Shown here one piece after another: positions 1 through 10,420 of a stretch of 64,000 nucleotides of DNA. How positions within the stretch are numbered: position 1 is the stretch's first letter; every line of letters starts with the position of its first letter. The notes below the pieces were generated by a model. It had not been told where the DNA came from, made no database searches, and saw only the letters and a list, made by a program, of their open reading frames with translations. The DNA is taken from contig CAZDSH010000001.1 in assembly GCA_964508195.1 (NCBI GenBank), forward strand, positions 131,351-195,350, given 5' to 3'. A program made the translations under genes and the position numbers. The stretch comes from an uncultured Clostridiaceae bacterium. Its GTDB lineage: Bacteria; Bacillota; Clostridia; Ch29.

Positions 1-203
1 GCCCTTATTACCTTTTCGTCCCGCACTATTATTCCTGTAGTCCTTTCGGCGATCATTATATCGCCATACGCTACTAAAGCGGTATCCGGCGCTTTATTTC
101 TAAGGCCCGTTACGATTCTTGCTATTATGGCCATAAATATTATAAGAATTATAAACCTTATATAGCCCCTTCTTCTTTTAGTCTGTTGTTTTTTATCCCC
201 CAT
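1..203 (-). CDS. Partial CDS. It is the N-terminal part of a membrane-anchored hypothetical protein, and the gene runs off the left edge of the window.
   Basis: ATG at 203..201 on the minus strand with GGAGAG about 7 nt upstream. Translation MGDKKQQTKRRRGYIRFIILIIFMAIIARIV... shows a basic N-terminus followed by a hydrophobic helix. The frame stays open to position 1. Confidence 0.35.
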   Translation of the reverse strand, partial: MGDKKQQTKRRRGYIRFIILIIFMAIIARIVTGLRNKAPDTALVAYGDIMIAERTTGIIVRDEKVIR

Positions 204-304
204 GACGTCACTCTCCGTTTATAACATCAATGTATAATTCTTCATCCTTCGCCATTTTCCTGCCACGGAATTCTTTATTGTAAATTCTGTCCTCGATACA
301 CGAC

Positions 305-336
305 AAAAAAGGTACACCCCCCGGGTGCATCCTTTT
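305..336 (-). terminator. Rho-independent terminator-like hairpin. It is probably bidirectional and sits downstream of the 402..716 gene.
   Basis: AAAAAA, then GGTaCACCC ccc GGGTGcATCC, then TTTT. On the minus strand the stem is followed by TTTTTTG. Confidence 0.4.
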
Positions 337-401
337 CGCTCTGTACCGGGAACGTGTACCTTCTTTACTGAACTAATTTGCTCTGTTAATATTTTAATAA
401 T

Positions 402-716
402 TCAATCAAAATAGTTTTTGCCCATCTCGGATAATAGTCTGTAGCTTTCAACTAATTGTACGGCTAACATCACTTTCTCGCCGCTATACTCCGCTATAAG
501 GTCTGTAAACCCATCATCCTTCCTGTCATAGACCTCTTTGAGCAGCGGATTGCTTTCTATTTTGAATTTTATGCCTTTGAGTACATCCCTCGCCTCTGAC
601 GCAGATAATACCATATCCTTCGTGTTCACACCCAAACTGAATACCCCCTTGCAATAGTTTCCAGCACCTTTTAAATTATACATAGGGCCTGGAATTCCTC
701 TTGTAATTATATACAA
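402..716 (-). CDS. Hypothetical protein of 104 aa.
   Basis: Six-frame ORF. No family is recognisable from the sequence. A terminator hairpin lies downstream. Confidence 0.35.
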   Translation of the reverse strand: MYIITRGIPGPMYNLKGAGNYCKGVFSLGVNTKDMVLSASEARDVLKGIKFKIESNPLLKEVYDRKDDGFTDLIAEYSGEKVMLAVQLVESYRLLSEMGKNYFD

Positions 717-892
717 AATTATTGCAATTTATGATATAAAAAGACTTAAGGTAGGCTTATACGTTCTAAATATCAATTTATAAATACATTCCCAGGCTTT
801 GTTGACCATATATTGGATTATATAGGAAACAAGCAAAAACCGGTTGAATCTAACGATGAAATGTGTTATATTATTAGATGTCGTCGAGGTAC

Positions 893-969
<77 letters not shown>

Positions 970-986
970 GTATAAAACATATAAAG

Positions 987-1017
987 GCCGCTTATCCCTG
1001 TAGATAAGCGGCTTTTG
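987..1017 (+). terminator. Rho-independent terminator after tRNA-Pro.
   Basis: Perfect 10-bp stem GCCGCTTATC/GATAAGCGGC, loop CCTGTA, then TTTTG. Confidence 0.7.
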
Positions 1018-1079
1018 CTATTATAAATTTAAAACTACGTTGTGTTTGACCATATGAAAGGTTATATCCATAATTGACA

Positions 1080-2396
1080 TCATTTTTGCTGATATATATT
1101 TTTACATTCAGTTTCCTTTACAAAGGCTGAACTTATAAGGGATACCAAAACCGCCAAAGCGCACAATGTCAGGGCCTTCGTGTAAGCGACCTGGGGATAA
1201 ATCCTTACGCCGTCTATTATGCGGCCGGACCAATTTAAATCAAGCACGTAACCCATAAGGGGTTGCAATAAGGACGGGCCTAATAAACCACCTATGTTTA
1301 GAACGCCCACAGCCATCCCGGAAATGTGGGGCGGGTTAACTTCCTTTGCCAGTGCCCAGGTAACAATATATCCTGTAGAGGAGAACCCTAACAAAAACAA
1401 AAGGGGATAAAGAACGCCTATAGGCGGTTTACCGCCGTTCCATAGTATCAATATTAACCATAGACCTAAATTTATAGCACATAGTCCTATAAGGGGCTTT
1501 TTTCTTTTTCCTATTTTATCGGAAACAGTACCCGTGGTAAAAGCGCCAACCATTACTCCTAGGGTAACAATCATTATATAGGACGACGCTTTTATTTTGT
1601 CCAACCCATAGACCGCCATAATATATGGTACACCCCACATGCCTCTGAAGGATAGTATCGCCCCGGAAAGCCCCGCATAGATTAAAAGACCCACCCAAGA
1701 CAATTTATTCGCCGTTATGATTTTTATGCTTTCTAATATTTTTATTTCCTTAGCGGAGGTTTTTACGTCTTTGTTTCCCGTACCCGTTAATGCCGGTAGC
1801 CCGATATCCTCGGGATTGTTTCTCACTAGGGTATAATTTAGTACTGCTACTACAAGGGAGATAGCCCCAATACCTAAAAACACAGTTCTCCAGCCTAAAT
1901 TCATCACTGCCAGGGCTAAGGGGATACCCGCTAACAGTCCCCCGGTATTGCCTAGGAACGCAGTGAGCCCTGATATTGTGCCGAATTCACTTTCCTTGAA
2001 CCATTGGGATTGAACCTTTAATATAGCCACGAATACTACTGATACGCCGAGCCCTACTAAAAACCTGCCTAAGTAGGCCGTTGCTAGGCCTTTAGCCAGC
2101 CCGAATATCACCGAACCCGTACCTGCTATTAGGGTGCCGGTACTTACGGTTATCCTAGCACCCAGGGTATCCGCCAAAATCCCCGTAGGTAGTTGCATGA
2201 ACATGTAGACATAGAAAAATATTGCCCCGAGATTACCAAGGGCCGCTCCGGTAACACCGAATTCGGCCATGAGATTATCCGCCACCACTCCCACCGCTAT
2301 GCGATGGAAAAATACGATTATATAAGCGAGGCATACAGCCCCCCATACCAGCCACCGATACCCATACTTCTTTGTCGTATAAGACCTGCTTTGCAA
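1080..2396 (-). CDS. MFS transporter, of the organic-acid / acid-sugar permease type.
   Basis: 438 aa with about 12 hydrophobic segments. MFS-like motifs GxLADxLGxR and GxxLxGxG are present. It is adjacent to acid-sugar catabolic genes. Confidence 0.75.
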   Translation of the reverse strand: MQSRSYTTKKYGYRWLVWGAVCLAYIIVFFHRIAVGVVADNLMAEFGVTGAALGNLGAIFFYVYMFMQLPTGILADTLGARITVSTGTLIAGTGSVIFGLAKGLATAYLGRFLVGLGVSVVFVAILKVQSQWFKESEFGTISGLTAFLGNTGGLLAGIPLALAVMNLGWRTVFLGIGAISLVVAVLNYTLVRNNPEDIGLPALTGTGNKDVKTSAKEIKILESIKIITANKLSWVGLLIYAGLSGAILSFRGMWGVPYIMAVYGLDKIKASSYIMIVTLGVMVGAFTTGTVSDKIGKRKKPLIGLCAINLGLWLILILWNGGKPPIGVLYPLLFLLGFSSTGYIVTWALAKEVNPPHISGMAVGVLNIGGLLGPSLLQPLMGYVLDLNWSGRIIDGVRIYPQVAYTKALTLCALAVLVSLISSAFVKETECKNIYQQK

Positions 2397-2426
2397 GACC
2401 TTTCCCCCTTACCCCTTCGTTCCTTA

Positions 2427-3716
2427 TTAGTACGATATTTTCATGCGTTCCATAGCCCTATTGAAGAAATCCTTTTCGCCAAAATTGCCGGATTTTAATA
2501 CTAAGCCTACATCATCCCTATGCTCAGGAATTAATATCGGGATACCGGGGGATACGGTTTCCCCTATGGAAAAGACGTTATAGCCCAGCCCCTTCAATAC
2601 GGCCCCGGAGGTTTCTCCTCCGGCTATGATTATTCTACTATAACCCTTTTCAACTGCCCTTTGACCTATCTTTGCAAAGGTATCCTCGATTAGGACGGAT
2701 ACCCTATCATGGTTTATCCGTGCTTTAACACGGTCTATATCCCCATCAAAACTGTATACTAGTACGTCTTCATCCCCATTGCTAGAAATATGCTCCCATA
2801 GATCCTCTAATCTTTGTTCGCCCTTTAACAGTTTCTCAGGAACTATTTTAACGGCATAACCACCTTTTTTTATATAATCATTGATTTGGCCTACAGTAGT
2901 AACTGAACAACTACCCGATAAAATGATTCCTTTGCCGTCCTTCGTCCCTTGCACACGTTTCCCATGTTTTACTGTGGTTGTGCCGTACTTTCTGGCCAAT
3001 TCATAGGCGAGCCCGGAACTTCCCGTCAGTAACGGTAAATCCCCAAATAGATCAATGAGCCTTCCGGCATGATTTTCGTTATAATGGTCCGGGATCAGAT
3101 AAAAATGATCCCTTACCCTTTTATCAATATTATTGATAATACCCTTGATACTGTTCCTATCTTTATTTATCATCCTATCAGTAAATACGTAGGATTTGTA
3201 CTTGCCCTGGGACCTCATCAATTCAGGTATACTAGCCGACCACATAGGTGTCAGGGGATGATCCTTCATAGGGCTTTTGTTAAGGGGAACCCCGTCTACA
3301 TATAAAAGGCCCTTCTTAACCTCCCGGCCGTTAACGGGCAACCCCGGGGAAACAACAGTATACTTGATGTCGAAGGTTTCAAGTAAAGCATCGATCACTG
3401 GGCCTATATTCCCCGTTTTTGTTGAATTAAAAGTAGAACAGTATTTAAAGAACAACTGGCCGCATCCCAAAGATTTTAATCCTTTGAACGCATCTAAGGA
3501 TTTCCGAACAGCTATTTCCGGCTCATCGGTCCTGGTTTTAAGTGCTATTACAATGCACTGAACGTCTTTCCCCGGTTTAAAGTCATCCCTTAGTATACCG
3601 TTTACTAGGATAACGTTAAGCCCCCCGAGGGAGAAAAATGAGGCAATATCACTTGCACCGGTAAAATCATCCGCAACGCATCCGATTACCAGGCTGTTTT
3701 TATATCCTGTTTTCAT
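2427..3716 (-). CDS. Four-carbon acid sugar kinase family protein, OtnK/YgbK-like, with DUF1537 and DUF1357-type domains.
   Basis: N-terminal GCVADDFTGASD motif, which is characteristic of 3-oxo-tetronate kinase-like proteins. Length is 429 aa. Confidence 0.7.
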   Translation of the reverse strand: MKTGYKNSLVIGCVADDFTGASDIASFFSLGGLNVILVNGILRDDFKPGKDVQCIVIALKTRTDEPEIAVRKSLDAFKGLKSLGCGQLFFKYCSTFNSTKTGNIGPVIDALLETFDIKYTVVSPGLPVNGREVKKGLLYVDGVPLNKSPMKDHPLTPMWSASIPELMRSQGKYKSYVFTDRMINKDRNSIKGIINNIDKRVRDHFYLIPDHYNENHAGRLIDLFGDLPLLTGSSGLAYELARKYGTTTVKHGKRVQGTKDGKGIILSGSCSVTTVGQINDYIKKGGYAVKIVPEKLLKGEQRLEDLWEHISSNGDEDVLVYSFDGDIDRVKARINHDRVSVLIEDTFAKIGQRAVEKGYSRIIIAGGETSGAVLKGLGYNVFSIGETVSPGIPILIPEHRDDVGLVLKSGNFGEKDFFNRAMERMKISY

Positions 3717-3778
3717 TGTACTCCGTCCGCCTTTACTCCTTTATTCGACCCGGAACAGTTACTAAAAAGCTAACTTGT

Positions 3779-4603
3779 TTATATATTAGAACCCATAGAT
3801 GACCGCGGATATTCTGCATCCGCCTGTCGGAACAAATTTAAACAGCGTCTTCCATCGCCGTCTAGATCCTTTGTATGGGCCTCTATGCTCATAGTTTTAT
3901 CATAGCCCCCGGCCTTGGCATCGTGTATCAGCCGTTTTAAAAGGGGATAATCCACCTTTTTTAAATAACCCCGGGAATAGTTTTCTAGGTTTGTGCTTAT
4001 ATGCAAATGCTTTACATAGGGCATCGCGTAGGAAAGATCGTAAAGGTCTTCACCCATCACCATAGCATGATAATAGTCTAGCACTATATAAAGATTTGGC
4101 AATTCCAGTTCCTTTACTAGCTCCACTGCCTCGGGGGTAGTGTTAATATAATCGCAGGCATACTTATGAACCGCTTCCAACAGTACTCTTATCCCCTTTG
4201 GCTCAGCTACCTCGCATACAATAGCGAGGGACTCCTTCAACTGTTTTCGGGCTTCATCCAGGGGGAAGGCTACTGGCAACCTTCGTGCCGCCGGTGCCCC
4301 GATGCCTATGTTTTTGATACCTAGGGCATAGCCCCTATTACATATCCCGTCAGCGTATTTTCTTGTCCTCTCCCTATCGTAACCCGGGCCAATCATGGGA
4401 ACGTGGGCATCACAATAATCGTTGAATCCATAACAAGGGAATCCTTCCCTGTGGTACAAACCTCGGAAGGCCGAAAACTCTCGGTCTGATAGGCCCATGA
4501 TTTGCCTACCCGATAGTTCAATGTAATCAAAGCCGATCTCTTTTATTCCTAGATAATTTTTCGTCGTGCCGCAACATCCAAACTCCATTTTTATAGCCCC
4601 CAT
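3779..4603 (-). CDS. Sugar phosphate isomerase/epimerase with a xylose-isomerase-like TIM barrel (OtnI-like).
   Basis: 274 aa. The fold is recognised by pattern: conserved E/H/D metal ligands are spaced as in the AP-endonuclease-2 / xylose isomerase TIM family. It sits next to the OtnK-like kinase. Confidence 0.6.
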   Translation of the reverse strand: MGAIKMEFGCCGTTKNYLGIKEIGFDYIELSGRQIMGLSDREFSAFRGLYHREGFPCYGFNDYCDAHVPMIGPGYDRERTRKYADGICNRGYALGIKNIGIGAPAARRLPVAFPLDEARKQLKESLAIVCEVAEPKGIRVLLEAVHKYACDYINTTPEAVELVKELELPNLYIVLDYYHAMVMGEDLYDLSYAMPYVKHLHISTNLENYSRGYLKKVDYPLLKRLIHDAKAGGYDKTMSIEAHTKDLDGDGRRCLNLFRQADAEYPRSSMGSNI

Positions 4604-4687
4604 GCGTATTCAAGGTTTTTTATATGCTCTTTTTCGCTAATCCCTGGCCATCTTTTTGCGCGCTATTGCCCGTAATTACTTCCCCTG

Positions 4688-5629
4688 TTATTTATATAGG
4701 CACTTCGATATCTGCAGAAAATCCCTATCGCGTTTTTTGATAGCCTTTTCCGCCTTTCCCTCAGCATAGCTATAAAACCCTCTACCGCTTTTAGTACCGT
4801 GATCCCCGGCCTTTACCAAATCAGTAAGCAGTTTCTGCGGTTCCTTTACATCGCTTAGATCGTCGAACAGATAGTCCGCAATGTTCTTAAATACGTCGAG
4901 GCCGCCTAGATCCGCGATCTCGAAGGGACCCAGGCAAGCGTATCGCATGCCTAAGCCGTATTTAAATACATCATCCACATCCTCCGTCGATGCAATACCG
5001 CTTTCCACAATATGCATTGCTTCCCGTAAAACACAAAACTGTAACCGGTTTAAGATAAAGCCCCGGGCTTCTTTTTTAAGAATAACGGGCTTTTTACCGA
5101 TTTTAGTCGCTATATCGGCAATTAACTGGATAGTTTTCCCGTCGGTTTTGGCCCCGTGTATGATTTCAACTAGGGGAACGATATGGGGTGGGTTCACCCA
5201 GTGCATACCCCCAAACCGCTCCGGCTTTTTCACGGCCTCGGCTATCTTCGTAATGGAAAGGCCCGATGTATTAGTAGTTAGAACTGCGGATAACGGGGCG
5301 AGTGTTGAAACCATTGCCCAAAAAGAAAGCTTTGTCTCCAAATCCTCTACTATAGCCTCTATAACAAAATCTGCATCTCTAAAACAGTCCAAATCCTTAG
5401 AAAACCTTATCCTTTCCCTAAGTTCCATGGATTCATCGCGGCTGATATCCCCTTCTTTAATGGAGACATCTTGGTTGATAGCTATTGATTTTCGCCCCTT
5501 TTCCAGGCTGTTTTCAGATCTGCCGTAGAGAGTCACACAATATCCTCCCTTTGCAAAGATCTGGGCTATTGAAGCCCCCATAGTGCCGGTGCCGGCGATG
5601 ACTATCCTGTTTATATCCCCTAGTTCCAT
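4688..5629 (-). CDS. NAD-dependent dehydrogenase of the 3-hydroxyacyl-CoA dehydrogenase family.
   Basis: Rossmann motif IVIAGTGTMGASIA near the N-terminus when translation starts at the internal Met (MELGDINR...). A C-terminal 3HCDH-like region follows. The ORF track begins earlier, at 5710. Confidence 0.65.
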   Translation of the reverse strand: MELGDINRIVIAGTGTMGASIAQIFAKGGYCVTLYGRSENSLEKGRKSIAINQDVSIKEGDISRDESMELRERIRFSKDLDCFRDADFVIEAIVEDLETKLSFWAMVSTLAPLSAVLTTNTSGLSITKIAEAVKKPERFGGMHWVNPPHIVPLVEIIHGAKTDGKTIQLIADIATKIGKKPVILKKEARGFILNRLQFCVLREAMHIVESGIASTEDVDDVFKYGLGMRYACLGPFEIADLGGLDVFKNIADYLFDDLSDVKEPQKLLTDLVKAGDHGTKSGRGFYSYAEGKAEKAIKKRDRDFLQISKCLYK

Positions 5630-5690
5630 ACAAATCTCCTCCTCAAAAACACCGGTATACGCTTTGCAATTTTTATAATTCCGATAGCGG

Positions 5691-6998
5691 TTATCCCTTA
5701 AAGATGCCATTATTATAATGTAATTGAAACAAATTCAACAATCTCTTATTTTTTATAACGCTTACCGGTATTAAAAAACATATCTCCACGACCCCCGGCA
5801 GACGACAGATATAAGTTGTTCCCGTGATCGTCGCCCTTACGAGGACCTCCTCGGTGCCCATACCGGTAAAGAAGGCCGCCCGTTCAACTGCACATTGGAT
5901 AGCATCGTTAAGATTGTCCCCTGTCCCGATAACGCTAATAGGATAAAAGGTATCATCAATCTCCGCATCCCCTATCCTATGGGCTATTTCGTTTACCCTT
6001 TCCATCTCTTCCATCGAAAAGGGCTTTGCGAGAAATGGTATATCCTCCTTCGACGGCAACAATATAGGTCCTTTTATTGAAAGGGCCTTTATTAAATGGA
6101 CGGTTATCGTTACCTTTGCACTGACATCCGTGGTATGTCCCGCCAGTTCGCCGTCCCCTTGCATCCCGTGCACATCCCCGACAAAAACTCCGCCGCCTTT
6201 TATCTTTACCGGTGCTAATAGGATACTCCCTTCCCTAAGCCTGGGGCTGTCCACATGGCTATCGGTACACGCCTCCCCTAGGCCCCCATTGTCCTGTACA
6301 CCTTTGAAATGTTCCATAGCCAGCCTGCGTATACTGTCCCCGGCATTGCTGTTGCTAGGCATATCTATTTCAGGAACAGTTCCGATATTGCCTACAAAGG
6401 GGCGGCACCGGGCAGGTAAACCGCTAATATCGGCGGCAGCTATATGCAAGGACGAATGTTGACGGGCCTCCTTGGGCAACCCTGCGTAGTTGCTGTATTG
6501 TTTTGCTATATCCTGTGCCGCCCCCTTAGAAACCGTCAACCCCATTGTCTTGTTTTCATCAAATAACATGGTAAAGCCGTAGGTCATATTAAAAGGAGCT
6601 GCAGCGGCCCCACAATTATCGCATTTTATAGCATCTGTACCGGTCCCCTCCACATGGGTGCCAGGGTTTAGAATACCGCAACCGGGGCAAAGGCTCTCGG
6701 AAAAAGGATTCTTATTATATCTTTCGGGTATGAGTTCGTGAACTCCTGAACACGATGCTTCCGACATTATTTCAATCCCTTTAACGTGCAACGCCAAAAC
6801 ATCGCCTGCTTCGGCCCCCTTTACTTCAAGGGGCCAGGTGACCTCATGCCCGGCCCCGACGGAGGGCGTTATCATCGGCCCCCAACAACCGGGGGCAGTA
6901 TAACATACCAACGTTGTACCGCTTTCGATCGGCCCAAGCATCCTAAGGGATGGCCCGATTTTATCAGTTTGTTTAGAAATGTTCGTCACTTTGTTCAA
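5691..6998 (-). CDS. Acetamidase/formamidase (FmdA/AmdA) family protein.
   Basis: EVKGAEAGDVL and HGMQGDGE motifs as in the FmdA_AmdA family. The true start may be an internal Met. Confidence 0.55.
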   Translation of the reverse strand: MNKVTNISKQTDKIGPSLRMLGPIESGTTLVCYTAPGCWGPMITPSVGAGHEVTWPLEVKGAEAGDVLALHVKGIEIMSEASCSGVHELIPERYNKNPFSESLCPGCGILNPGTHVEGTGTDAIKCDNCGAAAAPFNMTYGFTMLFDENKTMGLTVSKGAAQDIAKQYSNYAGLPKEARQHSSLHIAAADISGLPARCRPFVGNIGTVPEIDMPSNSNAGDSIRRLAMEHFKGVQDNGGLGEACTDSHVDSPRLREGSILLAPVKIKGGGVFVGDVHGMQGDGELAGHTTDVSAKVTITVHLIKALSIKGPILLPSKEDIPFLAKPFSMEEMERVNEIAHRIGDAEIDDTFYPISVIGTGDNLNDAIQCAVERAAFFTGMGTEEVLVRATITGTTYICRLPGVVEICFLIPVSVIKNKRLLNLFQLHYNNGIFKG

Positions 6999-7092
6999 TG
7001 TTCTGCCTCCTAAATGCTCGGTTGATTGCTCAGATCATTACCTATAACCGTAGAATATAGTATTACCCCATAGATTTATCCTGAAGTCCTTT

Positions 7093-8601
7093 TTAGACCT
7101 CCTCCGCTTTTTTACGCTCCTTTTTATATGCGTAGAAAGCAGTAAATATTGATATAGCAGCTAACACAAGGAACAAAACAGAAAAGGGCCTTGTGACAAA
7201 AATACTTAAGCTGCCGTTAGATAAAACCAGAGCTTGGCGCAGGGAACTTTCCAAAGTCGGTGTCAGAACCATTGAAATTATTAATGGGGCCTGGGGAAAT
7301 TCAAACTTTTGCATAAAATATCCTAAAATGCTCCCCAAAAACATTACCCACACACTGTATAGATTATTCCCGTACACATAAGAACCAACAATACACATAG
7401 GAGCAACCACTGCGAACAGAATATGTTTTGGAATATCTATAATTCTTACAAAAAGTTTAATGGCGATCTTTGCTATAGCAAACAATAACACCCCTGTAAG
7501 GAGCATTCCGATAAATATGGCGTACACCGTTGGGCCGGACTTTTGGAACACTAGGGGACCTGGTGTAAGCCCCGCCAACATAAACCCTCCCAACAATATA
7601 GCCGTCGTCGCATCACCGGGTATCCCAAGGGCGATCATTGGTATAAGGGCCGAGCCGCATACTGCATTATTAGCCGCTTCCGGTGCTGCAACACCTTCAT
7701 AAAAGCCCGTACCGTACTTTTCCGGATGTTTAGATGTCTTCTGGGCCAACCCGTAAGCGGCAAAGGCGGAGGCCGTTGCCCCTATGCCAGGGAGGGCACC
7801 GAAAACAGAACCTATTATTGCTGACTGTGCTAGCAGTTTGCGTATCGAAAAGAATTCTTTGAAGGATAACCTAGAATTTGTAATATCTTTCTCGTCAGCG
7901 GTAATCGATGAATGTAAATCCTTTTTCATACCCCGTTCTATCTGGATATATACTTCAGACATTGCAAACAGACCGATTAACAACGGTATATATGGTATCC
8001 CTTCTACCAGATATTGCTGCCCAAAAGTAAATCTTAAAGTGCCAAGCATTGGATCGAGTCCCACGGTAGCCAAAAGTATCCCAAAAACGGCCACAATCAA
8101 TCCCTTTGTTATGGACTTCCCCGATATAGCCGCTACAATAGTTAAGGATAACAGGATCAACGAAAAGTATTCCGCCGGACCAAACTTCAACGCCAGCCTA
8201 GCGATAGGTTCAGCGAACAAAATCAATAGGATTATGCCAAAGGCGTCCCCGGCAACTGAAGCGTATATAGCCGTATCCAGCGCCTTCCCAGCCTGACCGT
8301 TCTTTGCCATTTTATATCCGTCTAATACCGTGGCAGCCGCGGCGGGTGTTCCCGGTGCATTAATAAGAATCGATGATATGGAACCGCCGTATATGCCGCC
8401 GCGATATAATCCGATTAACAGCATCATAGATAAGACCGGCGGCAGGTAATAGGTTATAGGCAACAAAATTACGATGGCCATAGATGCGCCTAGTCCCGGT
8501 ATAGCACCGAGTATAATGCCCCCGGTAATGCCTAACGCTGCGAATGCGAAATTTTCCCATCTAAATAGAAGTACTAAAGCCTTTGCGATTACTCCTAGCA
8601 T
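7093..8601 (-). CDS. tctA: Tripartite tricarboxylate transporter, large permease TctA.
   Basis: 502 aa polytopic membrane protein whose sequence is typical of TctA (DUF112). It lies in a tctC-tctB-tctA arrangement. Confidence 0.8.
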   Translation of the reverse strand: MLGVIAKALVLLFRWENFAFAALGITGGIILGAIPGLGASMAIVILLPITYYLPPVLSMMLLIGLYRGGIYGGSISSILINAPGTPAAAATVLDGYKMAKNGQAGKALDTAIYASVAGDAFGIILLILFAEPIARLALKFGPAEYFSLILLSLTIVAAISGKSITKGLIVAVFGILLATVGLDPMLGTLRFTFGQQYLVEGIPYIPLLIGLFAMSEVYIQIERGMKKDLHSSITADEKDITNSRLSFKEFFSIRKLLAQSAIIGSVFGALPGIGATASAFAAYGLAQKTSKHPEKYGTGFYEGVAAPEAANNAVCGSALIPMIALGIPGDATTAILLGGFMLAGLTPGPLVFQKSGPTVYAIFIGMLLTGVLLFAIAKIAIKLFVRIIDIPKHILFAVVAPMCIVGSYVYGNNLYSVWVMFLGSILGYFMQKFEFPQAPLIISMVLTPTLESSLRQALVLSNGSLSIFVTRPFSVLFLVLAAISIFTAFYAYKKERKKAEEV

Positions 8602-8707
8602 ATTATTCCTCCGTTCTTTTTTCTACATCTGAGGACCGCTGTGTATAGAGCGGATGTATTTTAATCCCTATTAACCCTGTTTTTATACTATCGTTAAAAT
8701 TCCGTTT

Positions 8708-9193
8708 CTAGGGCAACGGAACACGCATTAAATAGAAAAACACATAATAAACCATTCCGGTAGAAATCCCCGGGATAAGAATTAACCGTTTCCATTTACG
8801 CTCACCGTTTATCACCATAATAAGGGCTATTAAAGCGATGGTTACTATAATATAAGAGATCCTTCCCATAAATAAAATTGATAGCGCTGTCACTGCCATA
8901 CAAAGGATCATGCGCCATTGATCCTGCGTCAGGCCACCTTTTCTTTCCCCTTTATTTTCTCGGTCCCCGGGCTCCTCCTTCGAAACCGTGGGCTTTTCAA
9001 TTATAAGGAACAGTGACAAAACCGCTAGGCCTATTACGCATATCGATGGCAAAAACCTCGGCCCCATTAACATAGAATAGTTTTTTGGCACTTGGATATT
9101 ATTTGGCATTACGTAAAAATAAAATAGAACAGATAGCACAAATAAACTGAAGCCGAAAACAACGTTAGGACGTTTCAGTATGTCTTTGTTCAT
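8708..9193 (-). CDS. tctB: Tripartite tricarboxylate transporter, small subunit TctB.
   Basis: 161 aa with 4 TM segments, positioned between tctC and tctA. Confidence 0.65.
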   Translation of the reverse strand: MNKDILKRPNVVFGFSLFVLSVLFYFYVMPNNIQVPKNYSMLMGPRFLPSICVIGLAVLSLFLIIEKPTVSKEEPGDRENKGERKGGLTQDQWRMILCMAVTALSILFMGRISYIIVTIALIALIMVINGERKWKRLILIPGISTGMVYYVFFYLMRVPLP

Positions 9194-9214
9194 GCCCTTT
9201 CACCCCCCTATGGG

Positions 9215-9249
9215 CATGTGCGCCCACAAGAACCTTGCGGGCGCACATG
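9215..9249 (-). promoter_or_regulatory. Intercistronic GC-rich hairpin between tctC and tctB.
   Basis: Perfect 11-bp inverted repeat CATGTGCGCCC ... GGGCGCACATG with a further 4 bp of inner pairing. It sits between the tctC stop and the tctB ribosome-binding site. Confidence 0.6.
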
Positions 9250-9267
9250 TTCTTAGTATTGTTGTTG

Positions 9268-10266
9268 CTATTCGATCATCCCAATTTCCTTTAACACCGT
9301 TGCATATTTTTCGTATTCCGATTTAACAAATTCATAGGTTGCGTCGCCCTCCATAAATGCAGGGGCGATCATCATGCTGCTCATCGCCTTTAGGAAGGTT
9401 TCGTCATTCATCGCTTCTTCGAAGGCATCCTGAAGCTTATTGCGTACCTCCTTGGGCAGTCCCTTAGGCGCAACTATCGTCAAAAACGCAGGGGCATCAA
9501 CGGGATACCCGAGCTCCCGAAGGGTTTTTATTTCCGGTAGATCCGGGCTGGCCTCTGAAGAAAGAATAGCTAGCACCCGCAGGTTTCCGGACTCCACATG
9601 GGGCATGTCCTCTCCGGCGAAGGCACCGAAGTTTACGTGTCCGCCAAGGAGACCTGCCACTGATTTCGCACCATCGCCAAAGGGTACAGCTTCCCATTGT
9701 ACATCTTCATGTTTGCCTAACTGCTCAACGGCAAGCATGGGGGATGAGCCCGGCGTGGAAACACCGTATTTAAGTTTGCCGGGGTTCTCCTTGGCAAAGG
9801 CTACCAATTCATCAACGGATGTAAAGGGAGAATCCGCGGGTACAGACAGGGTATAGACATAAACACCGTAACGACAGATAAAATCAAAATCTCCGATGGG
9901 ATTATAGGGCACTTCCCTCAGGTGGGGAGCGGTAGCCCCTGCTGAAGAAACCATCACACCGAGGGTGTATCCATCGGCCTTCGATTTTGCAATAGCCGAT
10001 AGGCCCACGGCGGATGCGCCCCCTTCTCTGTTTTCCACCGCAACAGGCTGTCCCAAAACTTTACCGACTGCCTCTACTAGCGGGCGAACTGTGAGATCCG
10101 TAGAACCGCCAGCACCGGTAGGACAAATAAATTGTATCGCTTTTTCCGGGAATGGGTTCTCCTTCTCCCCCTGCCCCCCCGGAGCCGGAGCTGTAGACGT
10201 ACACCCAATTAAACCAATGCTAATAACAGATACCAGTAACAACAATAACCAGGTTTTTTTATACAT
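9268..10266 (-). CDS. tctC: TctC-family (Bug) periplasmic substrate-binding lipoprotein.
   Basis: Lipoprotein signal LIGC-TS. Sequence typical of the TctC/Bug family. Confidence 0.8.
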   Translation of the reverse strand: MYKKTWLLLLLVSVISIGLIGCTSTAPAPGGQGEKENPFPEKAIQFICPTGAGGSTDLTVRPLVEAVGKVLGQPVAVENREGGASAVGLSAIAKSKADGYTLGVMVSSAGATAPHLREVPYNPIGDFDFICRYGVYVYTLSVPADSPFTSVDELVAFAKENPGKLKYGVSTPGSSPMLAVEQLGKHEDVQWEAVPFGDGAKSVAGLLGGHVNFGAFAGEDMPHVESGNLRVLAILSSEASPDLPEIKTLRELGYPVDAPAFLTIVAPKGLPKEVRNKLQDAFEEAMNDETFLKAMSSMMIAPAFMEGDATYEFVKSEYEKYATVLKEIGMIE

Positions 10267-10420
10267 ATTAATCCTCCCTCATTTTGATATCATATATAAT
10301 CATCCCATATTGTTTCCATTGCTATTGTTTCTGTTGTTGCTTTTTATTTTTCCCATGAAGCGAGTCCCTTAGTACGTTGAAAGTAGTTAAATACTCCGGA
10401 AGTTTACCCCTACCTAGCAA

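Noticed and set aside
4881-5528. Plus-strand ORFs embedded in minus-strand genes. Examples are 4881..5528, 6130..6462, 7784..8296, 9440..9856, 25101..25880, 26542..27144, 30228..30662, 31593..32096 and 39018..39509.
   Set aside because: They are shadow ORFs antisense to well-supported conserved genes. They have low-complexity or Pro/Ser-rich translations and no ribosome-binding sites.
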